NCBI GenBank assembly: GCA_036149055.1
Contig: JAYZQJ010000077.1
Span: 1-48,766, forward strand
Length of the DNA stretch: 48,766 bases
DNA from: Myxococcota bacterium
GTDB lineage: Bacteria; Myxococcota_A; Polyangia; Polyangiales; Sandaracinaceae
Direction of reading: 5' to 3'
Shown here: positions 10,039-18,552 of the stretch, piece after piece
Layout: every line of letters starts with the position of its first letter
How positions within the stretch are numbered: position 1 is the first letter of the stretch
Notes under the pieces: generated by a model
What the model was told of the DNA's origin: nothing
Database searches by the model: none
What the model saw: only the letters and a program-made list of their open reading frames with translations
Position numbers and translations under genes: made by a program

Positions 10039-10098
10039 GCGTTGTTTCATATCGGACAGCTCGCTCCCGGTCGCCGTCCGATCGTCCCATCCCGCGAC

Positions 10099-10114
10099 AG
10101 GCACGTTCATTGCT
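10099..10114 (+). promoter_or_regulatory. Sigma54 -24/-12 promoter
   Basis: AGGCACGTTCATTGCT has exact GG-N10-GC spacing with GGCACG and TTGC; lies just downstream of an EBP gene and ~30 bp before RBS/ATG. Confidence 0.82.
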
Positions 10115-10142
10115 CGTCCCCAAATCGAGAGGGGAGCACGAG

Positions 10143-11999
10143 ATGAGCATCAACAAGGGGAGCTGGGTTCTCGCCGCCGCCTGCCTCGCGGCGATGGCGG
10201 GGTGCGCAGGAGACGAGGCCGTGGGCGCGGCGAGCAAGCCGCTCCTGATCGCCACCGACGGGCCGACCACCACCGACACGGCGATCGGGCTGGCCCTCGA
10301 GATCGAGAACGGCGCGAGCCCCCCGCTGCGGGTGCGCGCCGGGCAGAAGTTCTTCCTCGACCAGGTGGACATCCGCGCCTTCGTCACCACCGACGTCGAC
10401 AACCCCTCCCTCGACGCGCTGCGCGCCTCGAGCGACTTCGCGTCGCTGGACTGGCGGGGGCTCGCCCTGGCGGAGAACGAGCCGGTGCTGCTCCCGAACC
10501 CCGACGGGACGTTCACCGACCGCCGCTTCTACCGCGACGCCGCCTGGATGGAGCGGCACAGCCTGATGGTGCTCTGGCAGGTGAACGCCCGCGGCCGGCG
10601 GGTGGGGCGCCCCCTCCTCGTCTCGCTCGGTCAGGATGATCGCCGCCGGCGTCACGACCACTTCTTCATCCGGCGGCTGCGCGGCATCCAGTGGGCCAAC
10701 GACTGCGCGGCGCCCACCGACTGCAGCGGCGCGACGAGCTTCCAGGAGGAGGGGCTGGTCGAGGTCCGCAACGCGCGGAGCACCGCGCAGACCTTCCGCA
10801 TCGCGCCGGAGACGACCGGGCTGCGCCTCTGGTGGAGCGCGCGTCGCGGCGCGCCCTACGAGATCCCGGTCGAGCAGGTGGCCTCGCCGGAGTACGACTA
10901 CAACTTCGACATCGAGCTCGCCGCGGTCACCCCGCCCGGCCCGCATGGCTACTACGAGCCCGGCACCGACGTGACCTTCCGGTTCACGATGACCGACGGC
11001 TCGGGCACCCGCCTGCACCCGGAGGGCTCGATCCCGTCGTACGCGGAGGTCGCCTTCGGCGCGAACACGACCGGCATCCAGTACTACCGCGGCTTCTTCG
11101 ACCAGCCGGCGACCTACTGGCGTCGCAAGCACCGCGAGCGCGGCATGGGCGCGATGATCATCGGGCCCAACCAGGACATCCAGCCGATCCGCACCATCGC
11201 GCCGCTCGAGGCCTTCCTCGGGCCCGACCCGACCATCCCGGTCGGCCTGCCCGATCGCGACGGCGTCTACTCCGAGGCGGCGACCATCCCCGCGTCGGCG
11301 GTGGTCTTCGGCGGGGCGTTCGTCCCCGGCAACACGCCGTGGTTCGAGCCGCAGCCCGACACGATCACCTTCCAGATCCCCGCCGACGTCCAGCCCGGCA
11401 CCTACCGCGTCGCGATCAAGGGCCGCCGCGTCTACCTCGGCCAGGACATCCCGCGGACCACGGTGGTGGAGATCCAGGTCGGCACGACCACGCCCACGTT
11501 CGCCGAGATGACCACCGGCCCCTGCACCAGCTGTCACTCGGACGGCGGCGAGCTCGCGCTGGTCCTGCACGCCAACGACGACCGGGCCGCCTGCGCCGGC
11601 TGCCACGTGCCGCTGGGCTTCGAGCTCGAGGGGCCGGTGTACGTGCGCACGCACTTCATCCACTCCCGGAGCGATCGCTACGACGCGCCGACCCAGGAGT
11701 GCGCGACCTGCCACGTGGACGAGGCGAGCATCCAGCGCACCAGCCAGAGCGCCTGCCTGAGCTGCCACACCAGCTACCCGCCCGATCACGTCGCCGCCTT
11801 CGGCCCGATCGAGAGCATCTACACCGGCGGGCTCGACGCCGGCGCCTTCGAGCAGTGCACGGGCGCCTGCCACACGGAGCACCCCGGCGCCGGCTTCGAC
11901 ACCGACTTCCACGTCGACGAGGACCTCGACGAAGACACGGACGAGGACTTCGACGAGGACACGGACGAGGACTTCGACGAAGACGTCGACGAGGACTGA
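10143..11999 (+). CDS. Multiheme (probably five-heme) c-type cytochrome lipoprotein
   Basis: RBS GAGGGGAG; lipobox MAGC; CTSCH, CAGCH, CATCH, CLSCH and CTGACH clustered at the C-terminus; acidic tail. Confidence 0.85.
   Translation: MSINKGSWVLAAACLAAMAGCAGDEAVGAASKPLLIATDGPTTTDTAIGLALEIENGASPPLRVRAGQKFFLDQVDIRAFVTTDVDNPSLDALRASSDFASLDWRGLALAENEPVLLPNPDGTFTDRRFYRDAAWMERHSLMVLWQVNARGRRVGRPLLVSLGQDDRRRRHDHFFIRRLRGIQWANDCAAPTDCSGATSFQEEGLVEVRNARSTAQTFRIAPETTGLRLWWSARRGAPYEIPVEQVASPEYDYNFDIELAAVTPPGPHGYYEPGTDVTFRFTMTDGSGTRLHPEGSIPSYAEVAFGANTTGIQYYRGFFDQPATYWRRKHRERGMGAMIIGPNQDIQPIRTIAPLEAFLGPDPTIPVGLPDRDGVYSEAATIPASAVVFGGAFVPGNTPWFEPQPDTITFQIPADVQPGTYRVAIKGRRVYLGQDIPRTTVVEIQVGTTTPTFAEMTTGPCTSCHSDGGELALVLHANDDRAACAGCHVPLGFELEGPVYVRTHFIHSRSDRYDAPTQECATCHVDEASIQRTSQSACLSCHTSYPPDHVAAFGPIESIYTGGLDAGAFEQCTGACHTEHPGAGFDTDFHVDEDLDEDTDEDFDEDTDEDFDEDVDED
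11916..11999 (+). repeat. 12-bp tandem repeat x7 (GACGA[G/A]GACnnn) encoding a (DEDx)n tail
   Basis: gacgaggacctc gacgaagacacg gacgaggacttc ... gacgaggactga. Confidence 0.9.
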
Positions 12000-12028
12000 A
12001 CCTTCTCACCTGGAGAGCTTTCGAACCC

Positions 12029-13192
12029 ATGGCCAAGGTCCAACTGAGGAGCGCGCGCACCACCAAGACCGACGTCGACGAGGCGATCGCCGAGCTGATG
12101 GAGCAGCTCGGCGAGGGCGAGCCCCGGCTCGTCACCCTCTTCGCCTCCCGCGACCGCGATCACGGCGCGCTCAACCGGGCGCTCCGGGACCGGCTGCCGA
12201 GCGGGACGCGCCTGATCGGTGCGTCGAGCGCGGCGGAGATCGACCACCGCGGGGTCGGCTTCGGATCGGTCGTGGTGTCCGCGCTCGACGGGGACCTCGA
12301 GGTGGGCGTCGGGCTCGGTGGGGGCCTCAGCGAGGACGCGCTCCGCGCGGGCTCGACCGCGATGAAGAGCGCCTGCGCGCAGCTCGGGACGAGCCCCCGC
12401 GACCTCGACACCCGCACCCACGTCGGGCTGGTGATCGACGACGGGTACAAGAACAAGAAGGAAGAGCTGCTGATGGGCGCGCTCGACCAGAACCAGGGCA
12501 TCCTCCTGGTCGGCGGCGGCGCGAGCTGCGGGGAGATGGATCCCGCCAAGCAGTCGGCGCTCGTGCACGTCGACGGCGAGGTCGCCGAGGACTGCGTGGC
12601 GGTGGCGATGATCCGCACCGACGCGCCCTTCGGGGCGCTCCGTCACCACGCCTACACGCCCACCGACGAGCGGGTGACCATCACCGAGGTGAGTGACGAC
12701 GGCTACCGCGCGCTCACCATCGACGACCGCCCGGCAGCGGAGCGCTACGCCGAGGCGATCGGCGTGTCCGTGGAGGAGCTACCCTTCGGCGCGCCGCGCG
12801 GCTTCTCCGATCGCCCGCTCGCGATGCGGGTCGGTCGCGAGTACTTCATGCGCTCGCCGCTCATGCCGATGCCCGACGGCTCGGTGCTCTTCGCGAACCT
12901 GCTCGAGGAGGGCGCGGAGTACGAGCTGATGAAGCTGGGCGACCAGCCGACGATGATGCGGGAGTTCCTCGAGGAGGAGGTCCCGCGCCGGGTCCGGAGC
13001 CCGCAGGCGGCGCTCTACTTCCACTGCAACGGTCGCCAGTACGTGGCGATGCAGAAGGACGAGGCGGGCGCGCTCTCGAGCACCTTCGCGGCCGGCCCGA
13101 CCTGCGCGGGCTTCAACGTGCAGTTCGAGATCTACTGCGGCTTCCACATCAACACGACGCTCACCGCGCTCGTCTTCGGCTCCGACGAATGA
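12029..13192 (+). CDS. FIST-domain (NosP-like) signal transduction protein
   Basis: ATG at 12029 (MAKVQL); LIGASSAAEI, LVGGGAS, IDDRPAAERY, HCNGR, GF...EI...HINTT. Confidence 0.85.
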   Translation: MAKVQLRSARTTKTDVDEAIAELMEQLGEGEPRLVTLFASRDRDHGALNRALRDRLPSGTRLIGASSAAEIDHRGVGFGSVVVSALDGDLEVGVGLGGGLSEDALRAGSTAMKSACAQLGTSPRDLDTRTHVGLVIDDGYKNKKEELLMGALDQNQGILLVGGGASCGEMDPAKQSALVHVDGEVAEDCVAVAMIRTDAPFGALRHHAYTPTDERVTITEVSDDGYRALTIDDRPAAERYAEAIGVSVEELPFGAPRGFSDRPLAMRVGREYFMRSPLMPMPDGSVLFANLLEEGAEYELMKLGDQPTMMREFLEEEVPRRVRSPQAALYFHCNGRQYVAMQKDEAGALSSTFAAGPTCAGFNVQFEIYCGFHINTTLTALVFGSDE

Positions 13193-15255
13193 GCGAGCTC
13201 GCCGAGGAGAACGAGCGGCTCCAGAAGGAGCTCGCCCGACAGAAGCGTCTCGCGACCCGCGCGCTCGCCAGCTATCAGCAGCGCGCCCTGCAGATGGAGC
13301 TCATCCGTCAGCAGAACGAGGACCTCGATCGCCTCGCCGCCGACCTGGCCCGCGCCAAGCGGGTGGCGGAGGAGCGCGCGCGCGAGGTCGAGGAGGCGGC
13401 CCGGCTGAAGAGCGAGTTCCTCGCCAACTTCAGCCACGAGATCCGCACGCCCCTCAACGGGATCATCGGCTACTGCGACCTGCTCGGGCAGGAGGAGGGC
13501 GAACGGCTCACCGCGCACGGGCGGCGAGACCTCACGACCATCCGCCGGAACGCCAAGACGCTGCTCGCGCTGATCAACGACATCCTGGACCTCTCGAAGA
13601 TCGAGAGCGGCCAGATCGACGTGGTCACCGAGGACGTGAAGCTCCCCGACGTCTTCGAGGAGTGCGCGGCGACGGTGCGCGAGCGGCTGAAGAACAAGGA
13701 CGTGGAGCTCCGCGTGGTCGTCGAGGACGGCGCCGACGTCGCGCGCACCGACGGGCTCAAGCTCCGCCAGATCCTGCTCAACCTGCTCACGAACGCGGTG
13801 AAGTTCACCGAGCTGGGCGAGATCCACGCGCGCGCCCGCCGGGCCGGCGACGACCTCGAGATCGTGGTGGAGGACACCGGCGTGGGCATCCCGCCCGAGC
13901 AGCTCGAGAGCATCTTCGAGAAGTTCCGGCAGGTGGACGGCTCCTTCACGCGCACCGCCGGGGGCACCGGGCTCGGCCTCGCGATCGTGCGCGAGCTGAC
14001 GCGGCTGCTCGGGGGGCGCGTGGAGGTCGAGAGCCTGCTCGGGCGGGGCACGACCTTCCGCGTCAGCCTGCCCGGCGTGCTCCGGGAGACCGAGCGGCCG
14101 GCGCGGCGCGAGGAGACGGGCTCGGAGCCGACCCTGCGCGGCAGCGGAGAGACCCACGTGCTGCTCGTCGACGACGACCCGCTGATCCAGGCGCTGGTGC
14201 GCTCGCGGCTCGGCGCCGACGGCATGAAGGTCACCACCGCGATCGACGGCGCGGAGGGGCTGCGCCTGATGCGCACCGCGTCTCCCGACGTCGTCATCCT
14301 CGACATCCGCATGCCGAAGCTCGACGGCTGGTCGGTGCTCTCGGCGATGAAGAGCGACGCGGAGCTCGCGCGCATCCCGGTGATCATCCTCTCGGTGGAG
14401 GAGGAGCGCGGGCGCGGGTTCTCGCTCGGCGCCTTCGAGTACCTCGTGAAGCCGGTGGAGCCGGACCGCCTGGTCAGCGTGATCTCGAGCGCGATCTCGC
14501 CGACCCAGGGCGAGGTGCTGGTGGTCGACGACGACGCCGACACCCGCGAGCTCGTGCAGCGCCGGCTGCGCGCGGAGGGCTTCGACGTCTCGCACGCCGC
14601 GACCGGCGAGGACGCGCTGCTCCGGATGCGGGTCTCGCCTCCGTCGCTGATGGTGCTCGACCTGGTGATGCCGGGCGTCGACGGCTTCGAGGTCCTCTCG
14701 CGGATCCGCGCCGCCGGGCACGAGTTCCCGGTGGTGGTGCTGACGGGCAAGGAGCTCGACGACACCGACCGGGTGCGGCTGCGCGAGGGGCTCGCGCGGG
14801 TCATCCAGAAACACGGCCGCTCGATCGAGGAGGTGGTGGACGAGGCGAAGCGCTTCGTGACCCGCCGCCGGGAGCTCCACGCGGCCCGGGTGCCGCGGGT
14901 GCTCTACGTCGAGGACGTGGCGCAGAACCGCGACATCGTGCGGCGCTACCTGCGCGGCGTCGTGGAGCTCCTCGAGGCCGAGGACGGAGAAGAAGGCGTC
15001 GACGTCGCACGCCGGGAGCAGCCGGATCTGATCCTGATGGATCTGAGCCTGCCGCGAATGGACGGCTGGACCGCGACCCGGACGCTGCGGGGCGACGCAG
15101 CGACCGGGGCGATCCCGGTGGTGGCGTTGACCGCGCATGCGTCCGCGGAGGACCGCGAGCGTGCGCTGGGGGCGGGGTGTTCCGACTACCTGACGAAGCC
15201 CGTGGAGCGAGGTCAGCTCGTCCGGGCCATCCGGAAGAACCTCAACCGAACGTAG
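13189..15255 (+). CDS. Cytoplasmic hybrid histidine kinase with three receiver domains
   Basis: FSHEIRTPLN H-box, NAVKFT, DTGVGI, GTGLGL; three REC domains each with the phospho-Asp; no TM or sensor domain. Confidence 0.93.
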   Translation: MSELAEENERLQKELARQKRLATRALASYQQRALQMELIRQQNEDLDRLAADLARAKRVAEERAREVEEAARLKSEFLANFSHEIRTPLNGIIGYCDLLGQEEGERLTAHGRRDLTTIRRNAKTLLALINDILDLSKIESGQIDVVTEDVKLPDVFEECAATVRERLKNKDVELRVVVEDGADVARTDGLKLRQILLNLLTNAVKFTELGEIHARARRAGDDLEIVVEDTGVGIPPEQLESIFEKFRQVDGSFTRTAGGTGLGLAIVRELTRLLGGRVEVESLLGRGTTFRVSLPGVLRETERPARREETGSEPTLRGSGETHVLLVDDDPLIQALVRSRLGADGMKVTTAIDGAEGLRLMRTASPDVVILDIRMPKLDGWSVLSAMKSDAELARIPVIILSVEEERGRGFSLGAFEYLVKPVEPDRLVSVISSAISPTQGEVLVVDDDADTRELVQRRLRAEGFDVSHAATGEDALLRMRVSPPSLMVLDLVMPGVDGFEVLSRIRAAGHEFPVVVLTGKELDDTDRVRLREGLARVIQKHGRSIEEVVDEAKRFVTRRRELHAARVPRVLYVEDVAQNRDIVRRYLRGVVELLEAEDGEEGVDVARREQPDLILMDLSLPRMDGWTATRTLRGDAATGAIPVVALTAHASAEDRERALGAGCSDYLTKPVERGQLVRAIRKNLNRT

Positions 15256-15265
15256 GCAAACTTCG

Positions 15266-15637
15266 ATGGAAAACTCTCTTCGCCTGCTCGTGGTCGATGA
15301 CGACGAGGAGCATCTGGAGCTCGTGCGCCGGCTCCTGTCCGCGTACCAGTTCGAGGTGCGCACGACCTCCTCGCCGATCGGGGTGTCCAACCTCGTCCGC
15401 GAGTTCCTCCCCAACGTCATCCTGATCGACGTCAACCAGCCCGCCCTCAGCGGCGACCGCATCCTCACCCTGGTCCGCCGCAACGCGAAGTCGGCGGCCA
15501 AGCTGGTGCTCTTCTCCTCGGCGGACCCGGAGCGCCTGCGTCAGCTCGCGCGATCGGTGGAGGCCGACGGCTGGATCCCCAAAGGGCTGGCGCCGCGTGA
15601 GCTCGCCGACCAGCTCCGGAGGGTCTGCGCCACCTGA
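15266..15637 (+). CDS. Single-domain response regulator
   Basis: LVVDDD, ILIDVNQP, FSS, IPKG. Confidence 0.88.
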   Translation: MENSLRLLVVDDDEEHLELVRRLLSAYQFEVRTTSSPIGVSNLVREFLPNVILIDVNQPALSGDRILTLVRRNAKSAAKLVLFSSADPERLRQLARSVEADGWIPKGLAPRELADQLRRVCAT

Positions 15638-15655
15638 GCTCGACCGGAGGTACCC

Positions 15656-17425
15656 ATGGCTCGAAGCGTCACCGATCCCCTCTCGATCGCGTGCGCCGAC
15701 GCGCTCCTGCGCGTGTGGCCACGCCTCTACGACGAAGACCCGCCCGACCTCGCGCTCGCCTGGATCGAGCGCGCGGTGGCCTCGCCGCCCGAGGGCTGGC
15801 GCTCGCTCGTCTCCGACGACCACACCCCGGTCGAGCTCTCGATCGCCTCCGGCCCGGAGGGGGAGAGCCTGCGCCTGCTCGTCGAGGCGCAGGCCGACGA
15901 GGCGACCACCCCGGCGCAGATGGCCGCCGCGCTCTCGCTCCAGCGCTGGGCCTGCGAGCGGCTCGGCGCGCGCGGGGAGCGGCTCGACGCGATCGCGCCG
16001 TGGCTGCTCCCGGACGGACACGCCGGCCGCTTCGGGCTTTGGCACGCGGCGGTCTTCCGTCCGGGCGGCGGGATCGACCTCAAGGCCTACTTCGATCCGG
16101 CGGCCCGGGGAGCGTCCCGCGCGGCCGAGACGGTGGAGCGCTCCCTCGAGGCGCTCGGACTCCAGCGCGCCTGGCCCGCGGTGGCGGCGCTGGCGGAGCG
16201 AGGGCCGGCCCTCGATCGGCTGGGGTTCTTCTCCCTCGACCTGGTGGAGCCGGAGCGGGCCCGCACCAAGGTCTACGTCTCGAAGCACCGGGCCAGCGTC
16301 GCCGAGCTCCGCGCGGCGGCGAGGCTCGCGCGTCACGGCGACGAGGACGCGCTGGTCGCCCACCTCGAGGCCACCGTCGGCGCCCGCGAGGGCTTCCTGC
16401 CGGCGTCGCTCCCGGTGGTCACCTGCCTCGACTTCGCGGGCGACGATCCCACCCCGCAGCACCTCACCGTGCACGTGCCCGTCCGCGCCTACGCCCCGGA
16501 CGACGCGGCGGCGATGGATCGCGCGCGCGCGGCGCTCCGGGCGGCCGGCCTCGCGCCTCGCCGGACCGAGGAGGGCGTCGCCGCCTTCGCCCGCCGCGAG
16601 CTCGACGCCGGCTCCGGCATGATCCCTTACGTCTCCCATCGCAGCGAGGCCGGCGGCGGGCGGGTGACCGTCTACCTCTCCCTCGAGGCCCGCGAGGTCG
16701 CCGCGCCCCACGCCGGCGCGCGGGCGGTCGAGCGCCGCCCCGCGTCGAGCGCCTCGGTGGAGGCGACGATCGAGGCCCTCGCCGCGGCGCCGATCGCGCA
16801 TCACCCGTTCCTCCAGCGCCTCGCCCGCGAGCCCCTCGCGCTGGAGCGGCTCGCGCTCGTGCTGCTGAACTTCCAGCTGGCGATCACCCGCGACTTCGCG
16901 CGTCGGCTCGCGCAGACGGTGGCGCGGGTGGACGACGAGGCGGTGCGGTCGATCCTCGCCAAGCAGCTCGACGACGAGCTCGGCCACGGCGACCCGGACG
17001 CGGCGCACCGGCTGCTCTTCGATCGCTTCGTCGAGGGCCTGCGCGACCACGTGCCGGATCCGTTGCCGGAGGGCCACCTCGCGCCGGGGCGGCGGCTCGC
17101 GGAGACGCTGGAGCAACTCTACGTGCGCGAGCCGGAGGGCTGGGTCGGCGTCGGCGCGACCCTGGTGATGGAGGTCTTCGGCCAGCAGGTCGACGCGTTC
17201 CTCGGCGAGCAGTTCCGGCGCCAGAGCGCGCTGCCCGCGTCGGTGCTGGAGTGGCTCACACTGCACGAGGAGCTCGAGCACGACCACGTCGACGAGGTCT
17301 TCACGCTCGCCCGCCGGATCCCGGAGGGCGCGCCGCGGGATCGCGCGCGCGAGGGGGTCGAGGCGCTCGCGACCGCGGGCTGGGCGTTCTTCGACGACAT
17401 GTACCGCGCGGTCTGGCCGTCGTGA
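15656..17425 (+). CDS. Fusion of a tryptophan dimethylallyltransferase-type (DMATS/ABBA) prenyltransferase and a heme-oxygenase-like diiron oxidase (HDO)
   Basis: N-terminus: SDDHTPVELS, LKAYF, FFSLDL, RTKVY, HVPVRAY, RVTVYL as in bacterial IptA/CymD/PriB-type enzymes. C-terminus: HPF, DELGHG...H, E, H..LE.DH diiron ligand pattern. Confidence 0.85.
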   Translation: MARSVTDPLSIACADALLRVWPRLYDEDPPDLALAWIERAVASPPEGWRSLVSDDHTPVELSIASGPEGESLRLLVEAQADEATTPAQMAAALSLQRWACERLGARGERLDAIAPWLLPDGHAGRFGLWHAAVFRPGGGIDLKAYFDPAARGASRAAETVERSLEALGLQRAWPAVAALAERGPALDRLGFFSLDLVEPERARTKVYVSKHRASVAELRAAARLARHGDEDALVAHLEATVGAREGFLPASLPVVTCLDFAGDDPTPQHLTVHVPVRAYAPDDAAAMDRARAALRAAGLAPRRTEEGVAAFARRELDAGSGMIPYVSHRSEAGGGRVTVYLSLEAREVAAPHAGARAVERRPASSASVEATIEALAAAPIAHHPFLQRLAREPLALERLALVLLNFQLAITRDFARRLAQTVARVDDEAVRSILAKQLDDELGHGDPDAAHRLLFDRFVEGLRDHVPDPLPEGHLAPGRRLAETLEQLYVREPEGWVGVGATLVMEVFGQQVDAFLGEQFRRQSALPASVLEWLTLHEELEHDHVDEVFTLARRIPEGAPRDRAREGVEALATAGWAFFDDMYRAVWPS

Positions 17426-18552
17426 TCGACCTGACCTCGCTCCGCGCCCGCTTCCCGCTGCTCGAGGAGCGGCTCTACTGCGCGACGCCGGGGCTCGGGC
17501 CGGTCCTCCGGGAGACCTACGAGGACCTGGAGGCCTATCGGCGCACCTTCGCTCGGCGCAGCCGCGCCCTCGAGGAGTGGGTCGAGCGCTACGAGGCGCT
17601 GCACGGTCTGGTCGAGCGGCTCCTCGAGGCGCCCCCCGGCTCGGTCTTCCTCACCGACACGGCGACCTCGGCCCAGGCCGCCCTCGCCGCCGCGGTGACG
17701 CCCCGCGGCGCGCGCACGCGGATCGTGACCGGCGCGGCCGACTTCAAGTCGAGCCGCTACCTCTGGAGCGCGCAGGAGAGGCGCGGCTTCGACGTGATCG
17801 CGCTCGACGCGCACGGCGACGCCGCCCCGCTGCTCGAGGCCATCGACGAGCGCGTCGCGATCGTCGCGCTCTCCCTCGTGTCCCCGCGCACCGGCGCCCT
17901 GCTGCCCGCCGAGGCGATCGCGGCCCGGTGCCGGGAGGCGGGTGCCACCCTCGTGCTCGACGCCTACCAGGCGGTGGGCGTGGTCCCGGTCGACGTCGGC
18001 GCGCTCGGGGCGGACGTCGTCGTCGGCGGCACCCACAAGTGGCTGCACGGCGGCGGCACGGGGCTCGCGTTCGGCTACGTGGCCCCGGCGCTCTCGGCGC
18101 GGCTCGAGCCCGTCTACCCCGGCTGGCTCGGGCACGCCTCGTTGCATGCCTTCGCCGACCGCTTCGAGCCGCGGGCGGGCGCGCGGCGGCTCGCGCAGGG
18201 CACGCCGGCGATGGAGCCCGTCTACACCGCGCGGGCCGGGCTGGAGCTCGCGCTCGAGGTCGGGGTCGCCGCGCTCCGCGCGCGCAGCCTCGCGCTCACC
18301 GCGCGCCTCCACGAGGGGCTGAGCGCGCGCGGCATCGCGGTGCGCACGCCGGCGGCGCCCGAGCGCCGAGGCGGCATGGTCTGCGTCGACCTCGTCGACG
18401 GGGGCGAGGCGGTCGTGGCGGCCCTCGCCGCGGAGGGGATCGACGTGGACACCCGGGCTGGGGCCGGGGTGCGGGTCGGGCCGCACCCGACGCAGACGGA
18501 GGACGACATGGACCGGGTGGTCGACGCCCTCGCGCGGGCGGTGTCTTCGTGA
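17422..18552 (+). CDS. Class V PLP-dependent enzyme, kynureninase-like
   Basis: GTG start overlapping the upstream stop; LDAYQAVG, GGTHKWLHGGG (PLP Lys), PGWLG, GTP, RRGG. Confidence 0.8.
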   Translation: MIDLTSLRARFPLLEERLYCATPGLGPVLRETYEDLEAYRRTFARRSRALEEWVERYEALHGLVERLLEAPPGSVFLTDTATSAQAALAAAVTPRGARTRIVTGAADFKSSRYLWSAQERRGFDVIALDAHGDAAPLLEAIDERVAIVALSLVSPRTGALLPAEAIAARCREAGATLVLDAYQAVGVVPVDVGALGADVVVGGTHKWLHGGGTGLAFGYVAPALSARLEPVYPGWLGHASLHAFADRFEPRAGARRLAQGTPAMEPVYTARAGLELALEVGVAALRARSLALTARLHEGLSARGIAVRTPAAPERRGGMVCVDLVDGGEAVVAALAAEGIDVDTRAGAGVRVGPHPTQTEDDMDRVVDALARAVSS

